64,000 nucleotides of DNA from NCBI GenBank assembly GCA_964035545.1, contig OZ037768.1, positions 4,000,741-4,064,740 of the forward strand, given 5' to 3'. This document shows, one piece after another, positions 40,047-53,983 of the stretch. A program made the position numbers and the translations under genes. Below the pieces are notes generated by a model, which saw only the letters and a program-made list of their open reading frames with translations, searched no databases and was not told the DNA's origin. How positions within the stretch are numbered: position 1 is the first letter of the stretch; each line of letters starts with the position of its first letter. This stretch comes from Bugula neritina. Its lineage: Eukaryota > Animalia > Bryozoa.

Positions 40047-41050
40047 TATTTATAGTTATAGTAATTAGTAATAGCAAAATCTGAAGTACTAATTACCAAC
40101 ACTAACAGCAACTACTGATAACTAATTAGATACTATTAGTAGTATACTGCATAATTATAAGTCTTTACTTAATAAATTAGTTTTACGCCTACAGTTACCT
40201 GCACTTGGCGTTGCAGGCTTAAGTTTGTATTATTATACAAATAAAAATCTTAATACAAATGCAAATATGAACATGAAATGAAACGCCAGTGATCATATTA
40301 ATATAATATCAATATGGAACTAGATATGACCTTGGCTTTTACCAGTATAGTATTGTAACAAACTTTGCGAATTGAAGACGGGAATGTAATATCACTACAA
40401 ATGAATTACAACTAGGCTATACGTCAGTTATCACCACAATTATACAAACTGACCGTCCGACGATCTTGGTCTAAACATGTCCCGGAACTCAACACACTCT
40501 AGCTCTAAGTGTCTCTGTGTAACTATTAAACTATAAAGTATTACTATAGGGTTAACTTTAGGTATGGTCATTAAATTATAATTATATTATATTTGTGTGA
40601 TACCATTGAAATGAAATATACATGCACCAATGCATTGTCATTATGCAACATGAACGTTGTGACAATGTTCATGTTGCATAATGATAATCATAATGATAAT
40701 GATAATCATAAATCATATTGATATTCATATTGATTATGATATTCATAATGATAATGATAATCAAAATCAATGATAAATGATAATCATAATCATAATGCAA
40801 TGTCAATTGCATCGGTATAACTATAAGTGTTTAAGATTCTGATGGCTTTTCAAGTGTAGGAATTACCTAATCATAATGGGCTTTATTGTTACTGTTAGTG
40901 TTAGGAGCAGTCACGGTGTTAGAGTGAGACTGAGAGTTGGTGTGACTGTGAGAGCGGTAGACTTTGTAAGTTTATAATAATGATAATGATCATTACAGTA
41001 AAACAAAATTTGATAATAATTCTAGTACTAGTACAGTACTAGTAGTCAGG
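40047..41050. promoter_or_regulatory. Low-complexity palindromic tract in the CCCH-gene/EXOC3 divergent region (continues at 38150-38272 on the other side of the transposon)
   Basis: ATGATA/ATCATA and ACT/AGT runs; 47-bp hairpin at 40638-40684. Confidence 0.45.
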
Positions 41051-41501
41051 GTCAAGCCAAACTCAATGGAAATGGTTTTGTTTTGCAGCTGCAACATGCT
41101 TGATTCAATTTCATGAAAAGTTTAAAACATGAAGTTACTATTGATATTTTATATCGATTAATTTTAATAATGATAATCTCATAATTCATATCTGTTATGT
41201 TAAGATTTATTATATTTGTTTATTACTTTAGTCTTTAAGCTAATGCTCTAGCATTTATAATTGTTTTCATATGATTTTCTAGTTTATTTAAGATTTAATG
41301 TGATAAAATTAAATTCTGTGCCTAAACAGTAGCACTCTGAATTGACACTCATTTTAACTTCACCTTCAAGTATCAATAAGTGAATATTTATATGTTCTGG
41401 TAGAAACAGGTATTTAGTATTTATGTGATTTTAATTATCTTTATTGTCTATTGTCTAGCTAATATTTATATTGGGCTTAGTTTCATTTTGGCTTTCTCCA
41501 A

Positions 41502-44500
41502 ATGGACCAGCAACGTGGGGATGTTGAGATGGAGCGCCTTGAACGGCAAACCAGGGAAAACTCTATTAAACAAGTTGCAGCTTTGCTTCAGGTGATTAGA
41601 ATTATAACAGTTGTGTTTTTAAGCCAGAAACTGCAGCCTTATCAAAGTACCACCTCAATGTCTCAGTAATTATTGGTAAATCGGATCTTTTTGAATAAAT
41701 TTTTGGAGCATTGTTATCCATTCTGATGAGGTAACACTAGCTGCACACATAAACTGAAATAAAAACTTTTATTTGTCAAGATAATTTGTTACACTTGATG
41801 AACTGTAGAGACCAGACCAACTGGAAAGAGTGGAGTTGCTAAAGAAAAAGTATGTCCGTAAGAAGGCGGCAGCAGATGCACACTTGAAGAATGCTGTCCA
41901 ATCTCAACTAGGAGATGTAAAAACTGGTCTGAACCAATTGAGATCTTGTCTAGAGGATATTAAAGTTGTTAAACAAAAGTAAATCATTCAAGTTTTTTCA
42001 CTGCTCTCATTTGCTTATATTTAATCATTACCTGTGGAAATCGACTCTCTGTCACCATCTCTGTGTTATAAATACAACCTTTTTTTATTTTTGGTGGAGT
42101 TGTCTATTCTATATTGCAGTCTCTCAGATATACACACCATATACCACTCTGTATCTGGTCTAAAAGACAAACTTGTCAACTTGTCTCATGAAAGTGCAAA
42201 GCATCATCAGGTAGATAGCTATTTAATGCTCTAATATTTTTATTTCATCAGTAAATTACTAAGCATTTGGTTTAATTTGCATGCTAAGTTTGAACATGTG
42301 TTCACACATTGAAAGCTAATATCAGCTATTAGCATGTAAGTCATCTGTACATTTAAAGCGTGTAAAAATCGAATGTTTTTCTATGTTGCAGTCTTGAAAA
42401 TTTTACTAGTTCAATTGATTTTAATCATTATATACTTGCTTGGTACAATAGATTATTGATTATTTGATAAATTAAGAGGCCACAATTTCCTTCTTCACTT
42501 TTTTGGTTCTACGAAGTTGTAAATACATGCTACAATCTACATCATCAAGTTTGTTTATTGTAGCTTGCAGCTTCAGTGGAAAGTCTCAAGCATGTCGCGA
42601 ATGTTCCGGAAACTGTCTTTGCAACCAAAGAGTTAATAGAAGAGGGGAAGCTTTTACAAGCACACAGAAATCTTGCCGATCTGGAAGCTTCCAGAGACCA
42701 GCTCTTGCTGGAGTTGCATAGACAAATGAGCAAGAGTGCCAATCCTGATCCGAAAAATGAAAATGATGCTAAAGTTAGTAGTTTAGTTGCTAAAAATATA
42801 GTTTACAGTTGTTTGTTTGATTCTATGCTGAGTTTTTTTCAAGCTTTATTTTTGCTATGAAAATTGTTTGAAGTTCAAGCAAATAGTGTTAGAGAACTGC
42901 AGGGAATTCTGTTAAGTCTACATCTATACTCATACACTATTTTAATGGCTTTTCAATTCAATGGTGATGTTTTTACATTTATTTCAGATGATTGAGGGTT
43001 ATTTTTCCAAAGTTCAAGAGCTATCAGAAAATTTAGGTAAACAGTTATGGCTGCTGTTGGGTCGGACTCTTATTACAGTGAGGAAGGAACCTACAATCAT
43101 AGTCTCAGCTCTTCGAATTATTGAACGAGAGTGCCGGTAATTGCTCTAAATTTTATATGAAAGACAAATGAAATAATTGTAGACCAGAAAGTATGTCAAG
43201 CTAGTTTATGATGTAATAAAACTGATAGCATGTTTGCAGAATGGATGAAGACTGGAAGAAAAGATACGAGTTATATAAATTTATGCCAGCTGACAGGCCA
43301 AAGAAGTGGCGAGAGAAGGCTATCAATGTGCTAAATGATGCTGTTGAAAATAGGTAGATAATGTAGTAGTTTAAGTTTCCCTGTTGCCAGTTTTTAATCC
43401 ATTATATTTTTAGCTAATATTTATGGGTATTAATAAGGCTACTGTGACTTCTATTTTTATTTATTTTAAATATTGCAATATAAGCAATGAAAACAAGTTT
43501 TTTTAACATCTAATAAGCATTATAATATGCTAAAAAGTAAAAGTCATTGATTGGTATTAACTTTTAAATGCAAGTGAACGAAATTGAGGTTTTACTGTGC
43601 CATATTACAATAATGCCATATTACAAAAAGATTTGCTGGTTTAGGTTGGAAGGTTGCCAGCTTGAAGAGAGAGATCAACATAAAATGTGGTTAGTCAGGC
43701 ATCTAGAGATTATCAGAAGACTCACTATTGATGATCTTAAAGTTGTTAAAGCAAGTATACTAGTTATAAATCCATGTTTTTATTTTCAAATTAGTGAAAA
43801 ACTATAATTCTAACCAGTAATTAAGTGTCAAGAGTTGTGCTAAGAGGCCTATTTTTATTAATTTCACCAGTTAGCAAGGCTTTGTACCACCTTTAGAATA
43901 AATACGTAGAATTAGTTACGTTTATTTTATTACCCTGGAGAAGTCTTTTAGTACAACATTTTGTCATTAAATCAATAGAGACAAAGTTACTTTTATGTTA
44001 TGAAAGCCACTGCCCAGTGGTGAGCATATAAAAATTGTTTTTACACATTTATTTAATTATGTGGACAACTGTTATTTTTATTGCTTGAAAAGATAAATGA
44101 TTTTAATGCATCTTATGTTTAATATTGTGTTAATATACAATATATACTTTATAGAGTCTGTGTGAACCTTGCTTTCCGGAGACATTTGATATCGTGAGAA
44201 CTTATGTGAAGATGTACCACACGGCAATATCACAACATGTGAGGGTTATCTTCTCTACATTAATATGTTTGAGCAACTACAATGAAAACTTTTACTAAAA
44301 TCTTTGATGCTTTTTGCCGGTGACTTTGTTATTACATATGCCGTTGTATATTCGTGTTGCTAAGGTTTTCTGCTGTGATTATTTTAGTTACTGAATGTAA
44401 TAGAACGAGGATTGGAAGGTAATGAGATTGTTAGCTTACTGAGTTGGATAACAACCTACTAGTAAGTATCTGCTGAATGATGTTATGTTCATAAACATAT

Positions 44501-47500
44501 AATAAATAAAATGGTTTTTGTAAAAAAGTTAAACTTGGTCTGAATTTGAATTTAGATCCACCATTTGTATATATAAACAGACTCAAAGGTAACTTTTACT
44601 AAAGATGACTTACAAAGAAGTAGAAAACTTAGGTTGAAAACTATCAAACAACCCTAAAGATTTGAATATGCTAAACCTTGCCTTGCCTACTACCTATGTA
44701 TTACTTTCTTCTTCCTATATCTTTGCAGCAGTGAAGAACTGATGGGTCACAGAGGTCTTCAGATACAGGAAGGTGATCTTGGACCGCTACTGTCTATAGA
44801 TGTTATAGAATCACTGCAAGACAGATACATCAATACTCTACGTAATAACATCACAGAGTGGATGTCCAACTCCATGTCAACAGATAAAAAAGTAATATCA
44901 CAACAGTAATACTTAGTTGATAGTTTTGAAACCTTCAGCAAATTTAATGTATTCTGTTGATCAATGTATAAAGACTGGATATTTGTCTGAATTTTCTTCT
45001 ACTAGATTCTGGACCTTTTCGCCCATCGCAAGGATTCTTTGTGCTTTATTTTATAAAGTGTTAGAAAAGCTGTAAATGCTTTGGGTTTATGGCTACAATT
45101 TCTGTAAATTATGAAGTAAGTTTGTTGTATTATTCAGGACTGGTACAAGGAAGAGGAACCAGAGACAGATGGAAAGGGGTTTTATGTCACTCAGCTTCCT
45201 GTTATACTGTTTCAAATAGTCGACCAGAATGTAAGTTTGAGTACTTTGCAGTGGATTTCCTTCCCATCACTTGTGTTTATTGCTGTATGACTTGTTGTTC
45301 ACCATATGATGAGCAACAAATGAATTCGTTTACAAAATTTTATGCTCGACTATAACAAATGCAGTGATGTGATCTCACTTGTTTACCACTTCAGTTGCTC
45401 TTGGATACAAATAAACGTAATAGTCACCAGTGTTTCTTGTTGTATAGTCTGAATCCAACAATATTTTTAGTATAGAGGAAATAAGTTCGTCAAGTTGTAT
45501 ATATTTGTTGTGTTTGTGATGATTATTTATAATTGTATTTGATGTATACATCTGTTATGCTTCTACCTCCATCTCATAAATTCACAGAACATAATCATAA
45601 TCTACCTTTACTTAGATGCAAGTTTCACAGCTTCTCGGTTCAGGTGTTACTCCTAAAGTCCTGGACCTTGTCTTGACAGAAATCAGCAATTTTGCCAACA
45701 TATATGAAGGTATTGCAACCAATTCAAGATATGTGATAATTTGGAATGTGATATTTCTGCCATTTTGATTAACTGTAGTAACAACAGTTTAAAAGTTTCA
45801 TAACTTTTTAGTGTGATGATGGTGGAAGTTTGTGAAACGCTTGGTATGGTTAATGTGTAGATGATGATCATTAATATTTATGGTGTTGTAGATGAGCTGA
45901 AAAAATACAAGGAAGCCCATTTAAAAGAGCCGTCTCAGCCGAGATTTTACATTCAATACATGGTATAAACTCATTCCTATAACTTTTACTGATCAATGCA
46001 AATTTCATCAGCTGTAACAGTACACGTCTTTACGTTTATGGTACCCTGTGTAACTTTTGATTTTTCATTTTGCACAGCTAGAAACTCACTTGTAGTTGAA
46101 CACAATGTGACTTAAAAGTTTGTTGCCGTTGTTCAGACTATTAATTTTAGCAATTCCATTTTTATTAAACTTCAATGATGAGCCTATGTTATGATAATAG
46201 CCAGTCATTAGTGAGGAAAATGGAATCTTGATACATTTCTTCATCGTATAACAGAGCATATGTTTTCCGAAGATTAAAATTTTATTTGAGTATGTCTTAG
46301 TGATATGGCTAACACTTGTGCTATCTTCACTCTATGAGTGGCCTAGGTCTTTAGTCAGGTTTTAATTTTGATTGAAAATTCTGTAATCCACCTTTTTGTC
46401 ACCATTCTGCCATTTTCATCCTTGCTGAGTAGTTTGAAATCAGTAAACACTTTACCTGTAGTCTGCTAATGTCAACAATTGCGATACGCTTGGAGAGTCA
46501 ACCAAACAACTGAAGTCAAAGTACGCAGAGAGCAGAGGGCCTGTGGACCAGTTGTACGGTGCTCAAGATAGGGACCGCTACCACACCATCACAAACCAGT
46601 TTCTTCAAGTTGCAGATTACGGGTAAGATGAGTTTGTTATTGTTGACTTAGTGTTGTGAAATGTAAAAGTTGTGTTACAGATAATGTGTATGGTAATGTT
46701 AATGCAGGTGATGCTTATATTTTAGATGTTTATTTTTGAAAGAAGAAGTGTTTTTGGATGTTGGAGAATATATTCAGAACATTTTGACTCGTAAATGGTA
46801 AGCCATCAATAACCTCAAGTCTTTTTACTGTCTCATGATCTGAACTAATGATATGTTATTTTTAAGAATAGTTGAACAACTTTATATTTCACAATGAATC
46901 TGTTAACTTTTTTCTTATTTTCATAATTGAAAACGTATTTTATTTTAGAGTTGGTTATACTTGCAGTTTGCAGAAGTTCATGTTGCATGTTGCAAATAAT
47001 TTCAGGTTGGAAAATGAAGGTGATGTAGACACAATCTGTGCCACGGTGGAAGATTATTATCATGACTTCAAGCATCTACGGCCAGTACATTTTCACAGAC
47101 TCATGCACAAGATATACGAGCAGATCATAATCTCATATCTCAGACAGCTGCTTAACCCCTCAAGGTAGTTTTTACTTGAATTTAATTCACTTATCACTAA
47201 AATTCTTTTTGCAAATAACATTAATTTCATTTCTTCAAGTTTTATGATTTTCAATATAAATGAATGTATTAAAAAATTACATCAGTTATCAATTTTTGAT
47301 GGACGCATTTTATGTTACTCTTTTATTAGAAAAATTACATTCAACAAACCAGAAGAAAGAAGACAAACTGTGGAAAAAATAGTGACAGAATCCGAGCAGA
47401 TAAAAACTACATTCCTGCAGTTGGTGCCAGACCTGGAAATACCAGTGGAGCAGTCAACAGTTCTACCTAAACTCTCGGAGATTCTTCGAATGAGTGATAC

Positions 47501-48343
47501 TTCTATGATGCCCCTGGAGTTACTGGTACGTTTTCTCAATTGTATTATGCATTTTGACTACCAAAATGCATACTCTTTAGTAAACAAATAATTTTTCTTA
47601 ATTTTATTTTGCATCTTAACTACGAAGAAGTTATATTAGTTTAAGCAACATTGAAGTACCCGTTGACTGAGGAAATCTTTAACTCTTGAATTAAACAAAT
47701 ACTTGTCAGAAGTTGGAAAAAATTATTTTTCAGTACTTTTTTCTTGTCACAAAAATGGCAATATAGCAGTTCAGCTTTGATACATAAATTGTTGCTCGTA
47801 TAGCGACACCATTATTTGCATGTAAAATCACCTCTATATGTTTTAGACGATAATAAATGATTATCCAGATGTAAAGGCAGAGCAACTGGTGAGTCTGTTG
47901 CAGTTGAGAGGCGACACTGGCAAATCTGAAGCACAGCAGGTTTGAATTTAAATGATGTCTCAGTGAACAATATTATATATATGCGGAAACATGCAGTTTA
48001 TTTAAACACTAGATATGAATGCTAGAAACAAATATTCATTTCTAACACCTCATCTTTTTTACAGTATCAATTTTCTCAAAAGTAAATTCATTTGGATTTC
48101 AAGGGCTTTCAATTCATCATCTCATATGTTTATAGATTTTTCAGATTGTGAATCTGCTTACTAATCATTTGATGATAAATTTATTAAGGAACATATATGT
48201 ACAGGTAATAGATACAAAATATACATTGTAATTTGTTAAAAATAATGTATTAAAGATAACGTTGTGTATTACAGTTGGTTAACAACGCGTTAGCAGACAG
48301 AGGAAGTACTTCTATGAAGAAAGGAATATTGTCTCGGGTATAA
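41502..48343 (+). CDS. EXOC3: Exocyst complex component 3 (Sec6), about 18 exons, one GC-AG intron
   Basis: VAALLQ|RPDQLERVE..RKKAAADAHLKNAVQSQL..LLQAHRNLADLEASRDQLL..VRKEPTIIVSALRIIERE..RPKKWRE..MWLVRHLEIIR..CEPCFP..TQLPVILFQIVDQN..VDTICATVEDY..YPDVKAEQLVSLLQLRGD..LSRV*. Confidence 0.95.
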
Positions 48344-48367
48344 CTGCAAGACAAGCTCCATGTCAGT

Positions 48368-49114
48368 TTACCGTGCGTCAAACACCACCACTGCAATACA
48401 ACAGAGATTCAACAGAGACAGAATTCATTGATTGTAAAATTATTGTTTATTTATTACCACAACCTTACAACTATTTAATGTCCAAATACAAAATACTTAC
48501 AACGAGAAGTGCGTTTTTTGTACATGATTCTGTATCCACATTCTTGACATCTGATGGGATCTCTAGCTTTCAGGTTGTTAGGCTTGTGACATTCTGTCAA
48601 TATATGATAGCACAAAATCATAAGTTTCCTATAAGGCAAAGGGTAGTGTATATAATATAGTCTGTGTAACAACAATGTTGGACTCAGAAAAACTGCTGCG
48701 CAGTGTGTACTATTCTTGAGTGAAAACCAATGCAATTGCAGTTATTCCAGCTGCTAGGATAATTATCACCAAATCTGCTTCAAGGTGTTTGCTGAAACTT
48801 TCTAGAAAATTGTCAAACAAGTAGCTTTAAATAGTTCATTACAATGTTTCTTCGAGTAGCTTGCAACTGTTGTGAGATTGATAAATGAAAACTCTATGAA
48901 CAAAGAGTATTTCGGTTCACCGTAGCATGTCATTCCCCTCAATTATCTGACTGAAATTGCTAAGCCTAATTGAACAGCACATGGAGTAATGCTAGAGTAT
49001 ATTGCGTATTGAGTAAAGGCACCACTCAGAATATTTCCACCACTCACCTCCACAAATATACACATTTGTTGCCATTGTAGATTTTGGCTGTGTTGTTGTA
49101 GCTTGCTGATCCAT
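48368..49114 (-). CDS. POLR2K: RNA polymerase I/II/III subunit RPABC4 (RPB12), 3 exons
   Basis: Exons 49114-49048, 48593-48501 and 48390-48368: [60 protein letters not shown]. Confidence 0.96.
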
Positions 49115-49549
49115 ATTATGCTAATGCTGTAAACTGCAACAGTACAAATATACATTGTCAACCTATAATATGTTCTGAAAGTTATACCGCAAATTACCAA
49201 TAGTATCTGAAAATTAAAATTTTTATTATGCATCACTTAGTATCAACCCTTTGTAAAATAAATTGTTGAAGGAGCTTTTATGCTAGTTATGAATTTCCTA
49301 GTAGCATAATTTAAGTATGGTTTATTAAATCAAATGCTCCTCTCAATATCCTAAGATGGGATCACAACCTTAGACTGAAAAAAGGTAAAAGGACTGTATG
49401 CAATTTTTCATAGACATTAGCCTTATGATTACATTATAGTATGCCTAGCAAGTTAGTTAAAATTGATTCAAGTCAAGCACATTATTAATGGACTTGGACT
49501 TGTATATTTTTATTCTAATTGATTACTCGTACTATTCTACTGCATAACG

Positions 49550-51910
49550 GATATTCATAATCTCTAAGGTTAATGATAGTTATGAATATTGTTAATCAAA
49601 ATTTATTACTATTACTAAATTACCATTACTATTTCATATTAGTATTACTCTCAGTCTAAGAGCAACTGTAAGTTTAAATCTACTATTATTAGTGTTGATA
49701 TTACTGCTAATAGATTCTACCATTATTAATACTAATAGTAATAGTTATAGAATAAGAGTGACTATAAGTATTACTCTATTAGTATTGCTATTACTATAGT
49801 CTGTAATATTAATGGTAACTAATGCTATTAGTTGTATTTGTTATGATTATGATTCTCCTTATTCATTACCACTTATGATCTGTGTTAATGGCAATTAATT
49901 AACATTATTATTTAATCTAATAGTAATAGACATAGTTATAGTATTTGGTATTAGATTTCATTTTATATCAAATACAGTAACGGTAAATGTAACACTAATA
50001 GTAATAGTAATTAGTAGTACTAAGGTCTGAAACTGAAAGTAATACTTATACTAATATAGTAATACTAATAGAAATAGATACTCATACTACTACTTAATTG
50101 ATAGACAATAAACTAAAACTTAAGAACCTGTTGCCAAGTTGGCTAATAGATAAAGTACATCACAATCTAAGTCACCCAGACACTGACACAAACCGATACA
50201 ACTACTACTATTAGTACTACTAGTACTAGTACTACTACTAGTAGTAGTAGTAGTAGTAGAAGACGACGACGTAGACGTAGTACTCGTAGTACTAGTACTA
50301 CTTACTAGTACTAGTAGTAGTACTAGAGTACTGTAGTAGTACTTTAAACTAAAACTAATAATAAAAGTAAACATATAAAATCTACATATAGTTAAACTGA
50401 ACAACATAAATAAGAGGTCACTACCAGCTTACAACTATTGATTAGGCCTTTGAGTTATTATCTGCAAAGACTTTTAAGTAAACTGCTCCAACTCCAGTCA
50501 ACTTTAAGTGTCAACCACAATGACGATGGTGAATAGAGAGTCACGCACGCTCATAGGCGAAAGTTAGAGAACTAGAAATGTGAATATTGAACACGCTACA
50601 TAGTAGATCAAGTTTCACGCATTATTGCCCCTAACCGCTAATTAGTATTACTCATACTTGCCGAGTTATTTTCGTTGAGATTAGAGGACATGGAAGCGTG
50701 AAAGCCGAGGGAAATTTGAAACTCGAGTAAGCGCATTTTGCAGTTGCTCACTCAAACTGAAATTGAAAGTCCAGTAAAAGCTAAAAATAACTGGAAATAT
50801 TGCGGTTAAACGCTATTTTGATGCTAATTTTGTTCCTTCTGCTGGTTTATCTGTTGAATAATTGTAATTTTTATGTTATAAACAATAATAATATTATGAT
50901 TATTATTATAACATCAACATTATGTCTGATGATCACGATGAATCATCGGATTATGATGAATTGAATCGAAATCGCTACTACAGTACTAGTACTACTAGTA
51001 CTATTACTAAGCAGTAACACTAACAGTAACTGTAAAGCTGGATGAATTATTATAATGATAGAAATGATACTAATAGTAATACTAATATCAATAGTAATTT
51101 ATATCGTAATACTTTAAGTTTAATTAATTATTAATGCTTAAAGTTAAAGTAAATCTAATTAGACTAATAGTAATACTAACAGTTACTAGTAGTACTAGTA
51201 CTAGACAGTAGTAATTACATTTACTCAGTTTCAGTTTAAGTTACTTATACTGATACTCGTACTGACACTCTTACTCATAGTCATACTCAGTATGACTTAG
51301 ACTATTACTAGCAGTAGCACTAACAGAGTAACAGTTGCACTTACAGTTACAGCATCATGATCATATTCATACTGTAAGTGTAACTGTTACTCTGTTAGTC
51401 ACTGACTTACTGTTAGTGTTACTGTTAGTATAAGTATAAAGTTCTATTAGTTATTACTATTGCCATTGGTTTTGAATTTAATATTAACAATAACAATAAT
51501 AATATTATTACTAATGTCTAATACTAATAGTAATACTTTCTAAATTACTATAAGTATAATAGTATAACTATAAGTATTAATATTACACTATTACTAATAT
51601 TAGTAATATTAATAGTAATTACTAATACTTATACTCACACACTCACAGTTAATGTAATACTACTAGTTATTTTAAAACTAAATGTTAGTAAAACTTGAAG
51701 TTAATAAGTTAATGATTAACCTAATTTATATTTATAACTAGTTGATTATTATTAAACAATACTAATATGAAATATCAAAGGTAATAGTACTACTAGTAGC
51801 CTATTAGTAGTAATACTCATACTGATAGTAGTAGTACTAGTTACTAGTAGTGTATTAATAATCCATTGTACAGTGTATGTATATCAAAGATCATCTTTGA
51901 TATACGTACA
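49550..51910. promoter_or_regulatory. Large low-complexity palindromic tracts flanking a more complex core (about 50420-50830) in the POLR2K/FBXO divergent region
   Basis: AGTAAT/ACTAAT/ACTCAT hexamers, ACT/AGT mirror runs at 50200-50345, hairpin at 51874-51910. Confidence 0.5.
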
Positions 51911-52069
51911 AGATGAGCGTAATCTAATTAATGTCATATTTGTTATGAATAAGTACTTTTTGCGTCTTGCAAAGCACGTTCGATTTGTCTTGTGCCTGAG
52001 AATAAATAATGCTGTTCGATTAGTATTACACTGATAATGAATGTTTCATTTTAGGGCAAAAGAAAAGGC

Positions 52070-53599
52070 ATGAGCTACATAGAAATGAAGTCTATTAAAC
52101 CAATGTTGACCTATAAAAATCTTCACACACCTAATTTAATCAGATTTGCTGAAAAGTTAAACCGAAACGACTACCAAACGACTAGTACACCAATAGAGAA
52201 AAAATATAATTCTGAGCTAGTATTAGATCTTGGTGAGAAGCAAGATTCTGGTTTTTCAGAAAATTCAGTTTTACTTGACTCTCCCTTTACAGACAGGACA
52301 CAGAGTAATGACTTAGTGCAGTCAGATATTTCCACTGACACTAAAAGTAATTGCTTTGGCAAATCTGTAGTTGAGACACCTATACAAAAGAATTATGGGT
52401 TAGAACGAATGAATGCTTACTTCGATAAACTAGAGAGAATTTGCCCAAAGCATCTACGAATAGGCTCTCGTATTGGAAACGACTACGTTGACATACTTTC
52501 TGCTTTGGATGACCTTGACATACCAGCACTCAATCATATACTTGGTTTTCTAGATGATGCAGACTTGCTGAGGTAATGAATATATATATTTTTTCATCAT
52601 TTGTTGAAAGAAAATGGATTGCTGATATATTTTATTTCATTTTCAAATTTTGTTTCAACATACTTTCCTATACTTAGAAGCTAAATATTTGCTATTAGAA
52701 ATTTACAGACTATGGCTATTGCAGTTTGATTATTTGAAGAAGTGTGTGTATCTGGAGAATCCTATTTTATAGAGATATTCATGATGTTGAGATTTACTGC
52801 ACTATTGCATAATGGTACTAGTAGAATTTTAACTGGTGAAGATTGTTGAGAGAACACATATATCAGATATAAGTAACAAAACAAAATGTGGGTATATTTT
52901 GGTAGATGTTTGAAAGTATGTACTCGGTGGAAGTCATTATTGAAAAAGAATCAAAAAATCAGAAAACGTCTAACCTACAGTCGGCATCAAAAAGTAAGTT
53001 AAAGTTATTCACCACTAAGGGTGAGTATGCAATTGCCCAAATAGAATTATGGCAACCGGTGAATATCTTTTTAGTTATTGACGAGTCTTTTGGTAACAGC
53101 TTAAAACTGACAATTGTTTACAGTTATATAAAAAAATCAGCAATCTTTAAATTTGAACACGTATTAAAACATACATCTGTTTCAGGAGAATTTTTTAACA
53201 AGCAGAAGTAAGTCTATCACGCAAGCTGAAAGAGGCAATAAACCCTTTAGTTTAAAGCAACTAAATGAGAATTCATCAGAAGAAAGATCTTCGTCATCAA
53301 GCCCTGAGGATGTGACAGCCGTTGGCACAATATTTGACCGTTTCACTAAAGCAGCTTGTAAATTGAAAGTTGGAGAACAATTTGTCAAATGTCCTCGATG
53401 TCAGGGTCCTGCAAAGCTTTACCGTGAAGCTAGAAAAGGACTATGTGTTACACAAAGCTGTAAATATAATTACTGCACTCTCTGTGAGTTGGTCTTTCAT
53501 GGTGCAAAAGAATGCCAAACACGACGGAATGTGAAGGTCAAGAACCAAGATCAGCCAATTAATTCTCGGAAAAGTAAAAATAATTTAAAGCGTCTGTAG
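52070..53599 (+). CDS. FBXO5: Emi1/Emi2/Rca1-family APC/C inhibitor (FBXO5/FBXO43-like); start codon uncertain
   Basis: DSGFS degron-like motif; F-box DILSAL..HILGFLDDADLLR|CLKVCTRWK; zinc-binding region CPRC..C..C..YCTLC..H..C; C-terminal RL tail SRKSKNNLKRL*. Exons about 52070-52572, 52906-52992 and 53187-53599. One-to-one orthology to FBXO5 versus FBXO43 cannot be resolved. Confidence 0.85.
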
Positions 53600-53882
53600 T
53601 TCTGTATATGTATATATTATATACATATATTATATGCGTATAAACAGTATGTATCATATGCTAGTACATTCTAGTTCAAAATAGCTCATGTATTGCTGCT
53701 TGCAATGAATTTATTATTTAAATTAGTTTAAATTTATGGATGTTACTTTTTATTTCAGTTCATGGTAACCTTTACAATCAAAAATTTTTTAATACACAAT
53801 TCATACTATGACCTTAATATACGTATGTATACATAAAGTTTACAATGTAAATAAAACATGATGTACATACAATGAATAGCAG

Positions 53883-53888
<6 letters not shown>

Positions 53889-53930
<42 letters not shown>
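53889..53930. repeat. (TA)n microsatellite between convergent 3' ends
   Basis: Direct dinucleotide run. Confidence 0.95.
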
Positions 53931-53934
<4 letters not shown>

Positions 53935-53983
53935 ATAGGTAATAGCAGTATGTGGACTATAAGTTAAAACATCTCTAACATTA

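Noticed and set aside
50120-50407. Ser/Thr-rich 95-aa ORF
   Set aside because: Product of the ACT/AGT low-complexity promoter tract.
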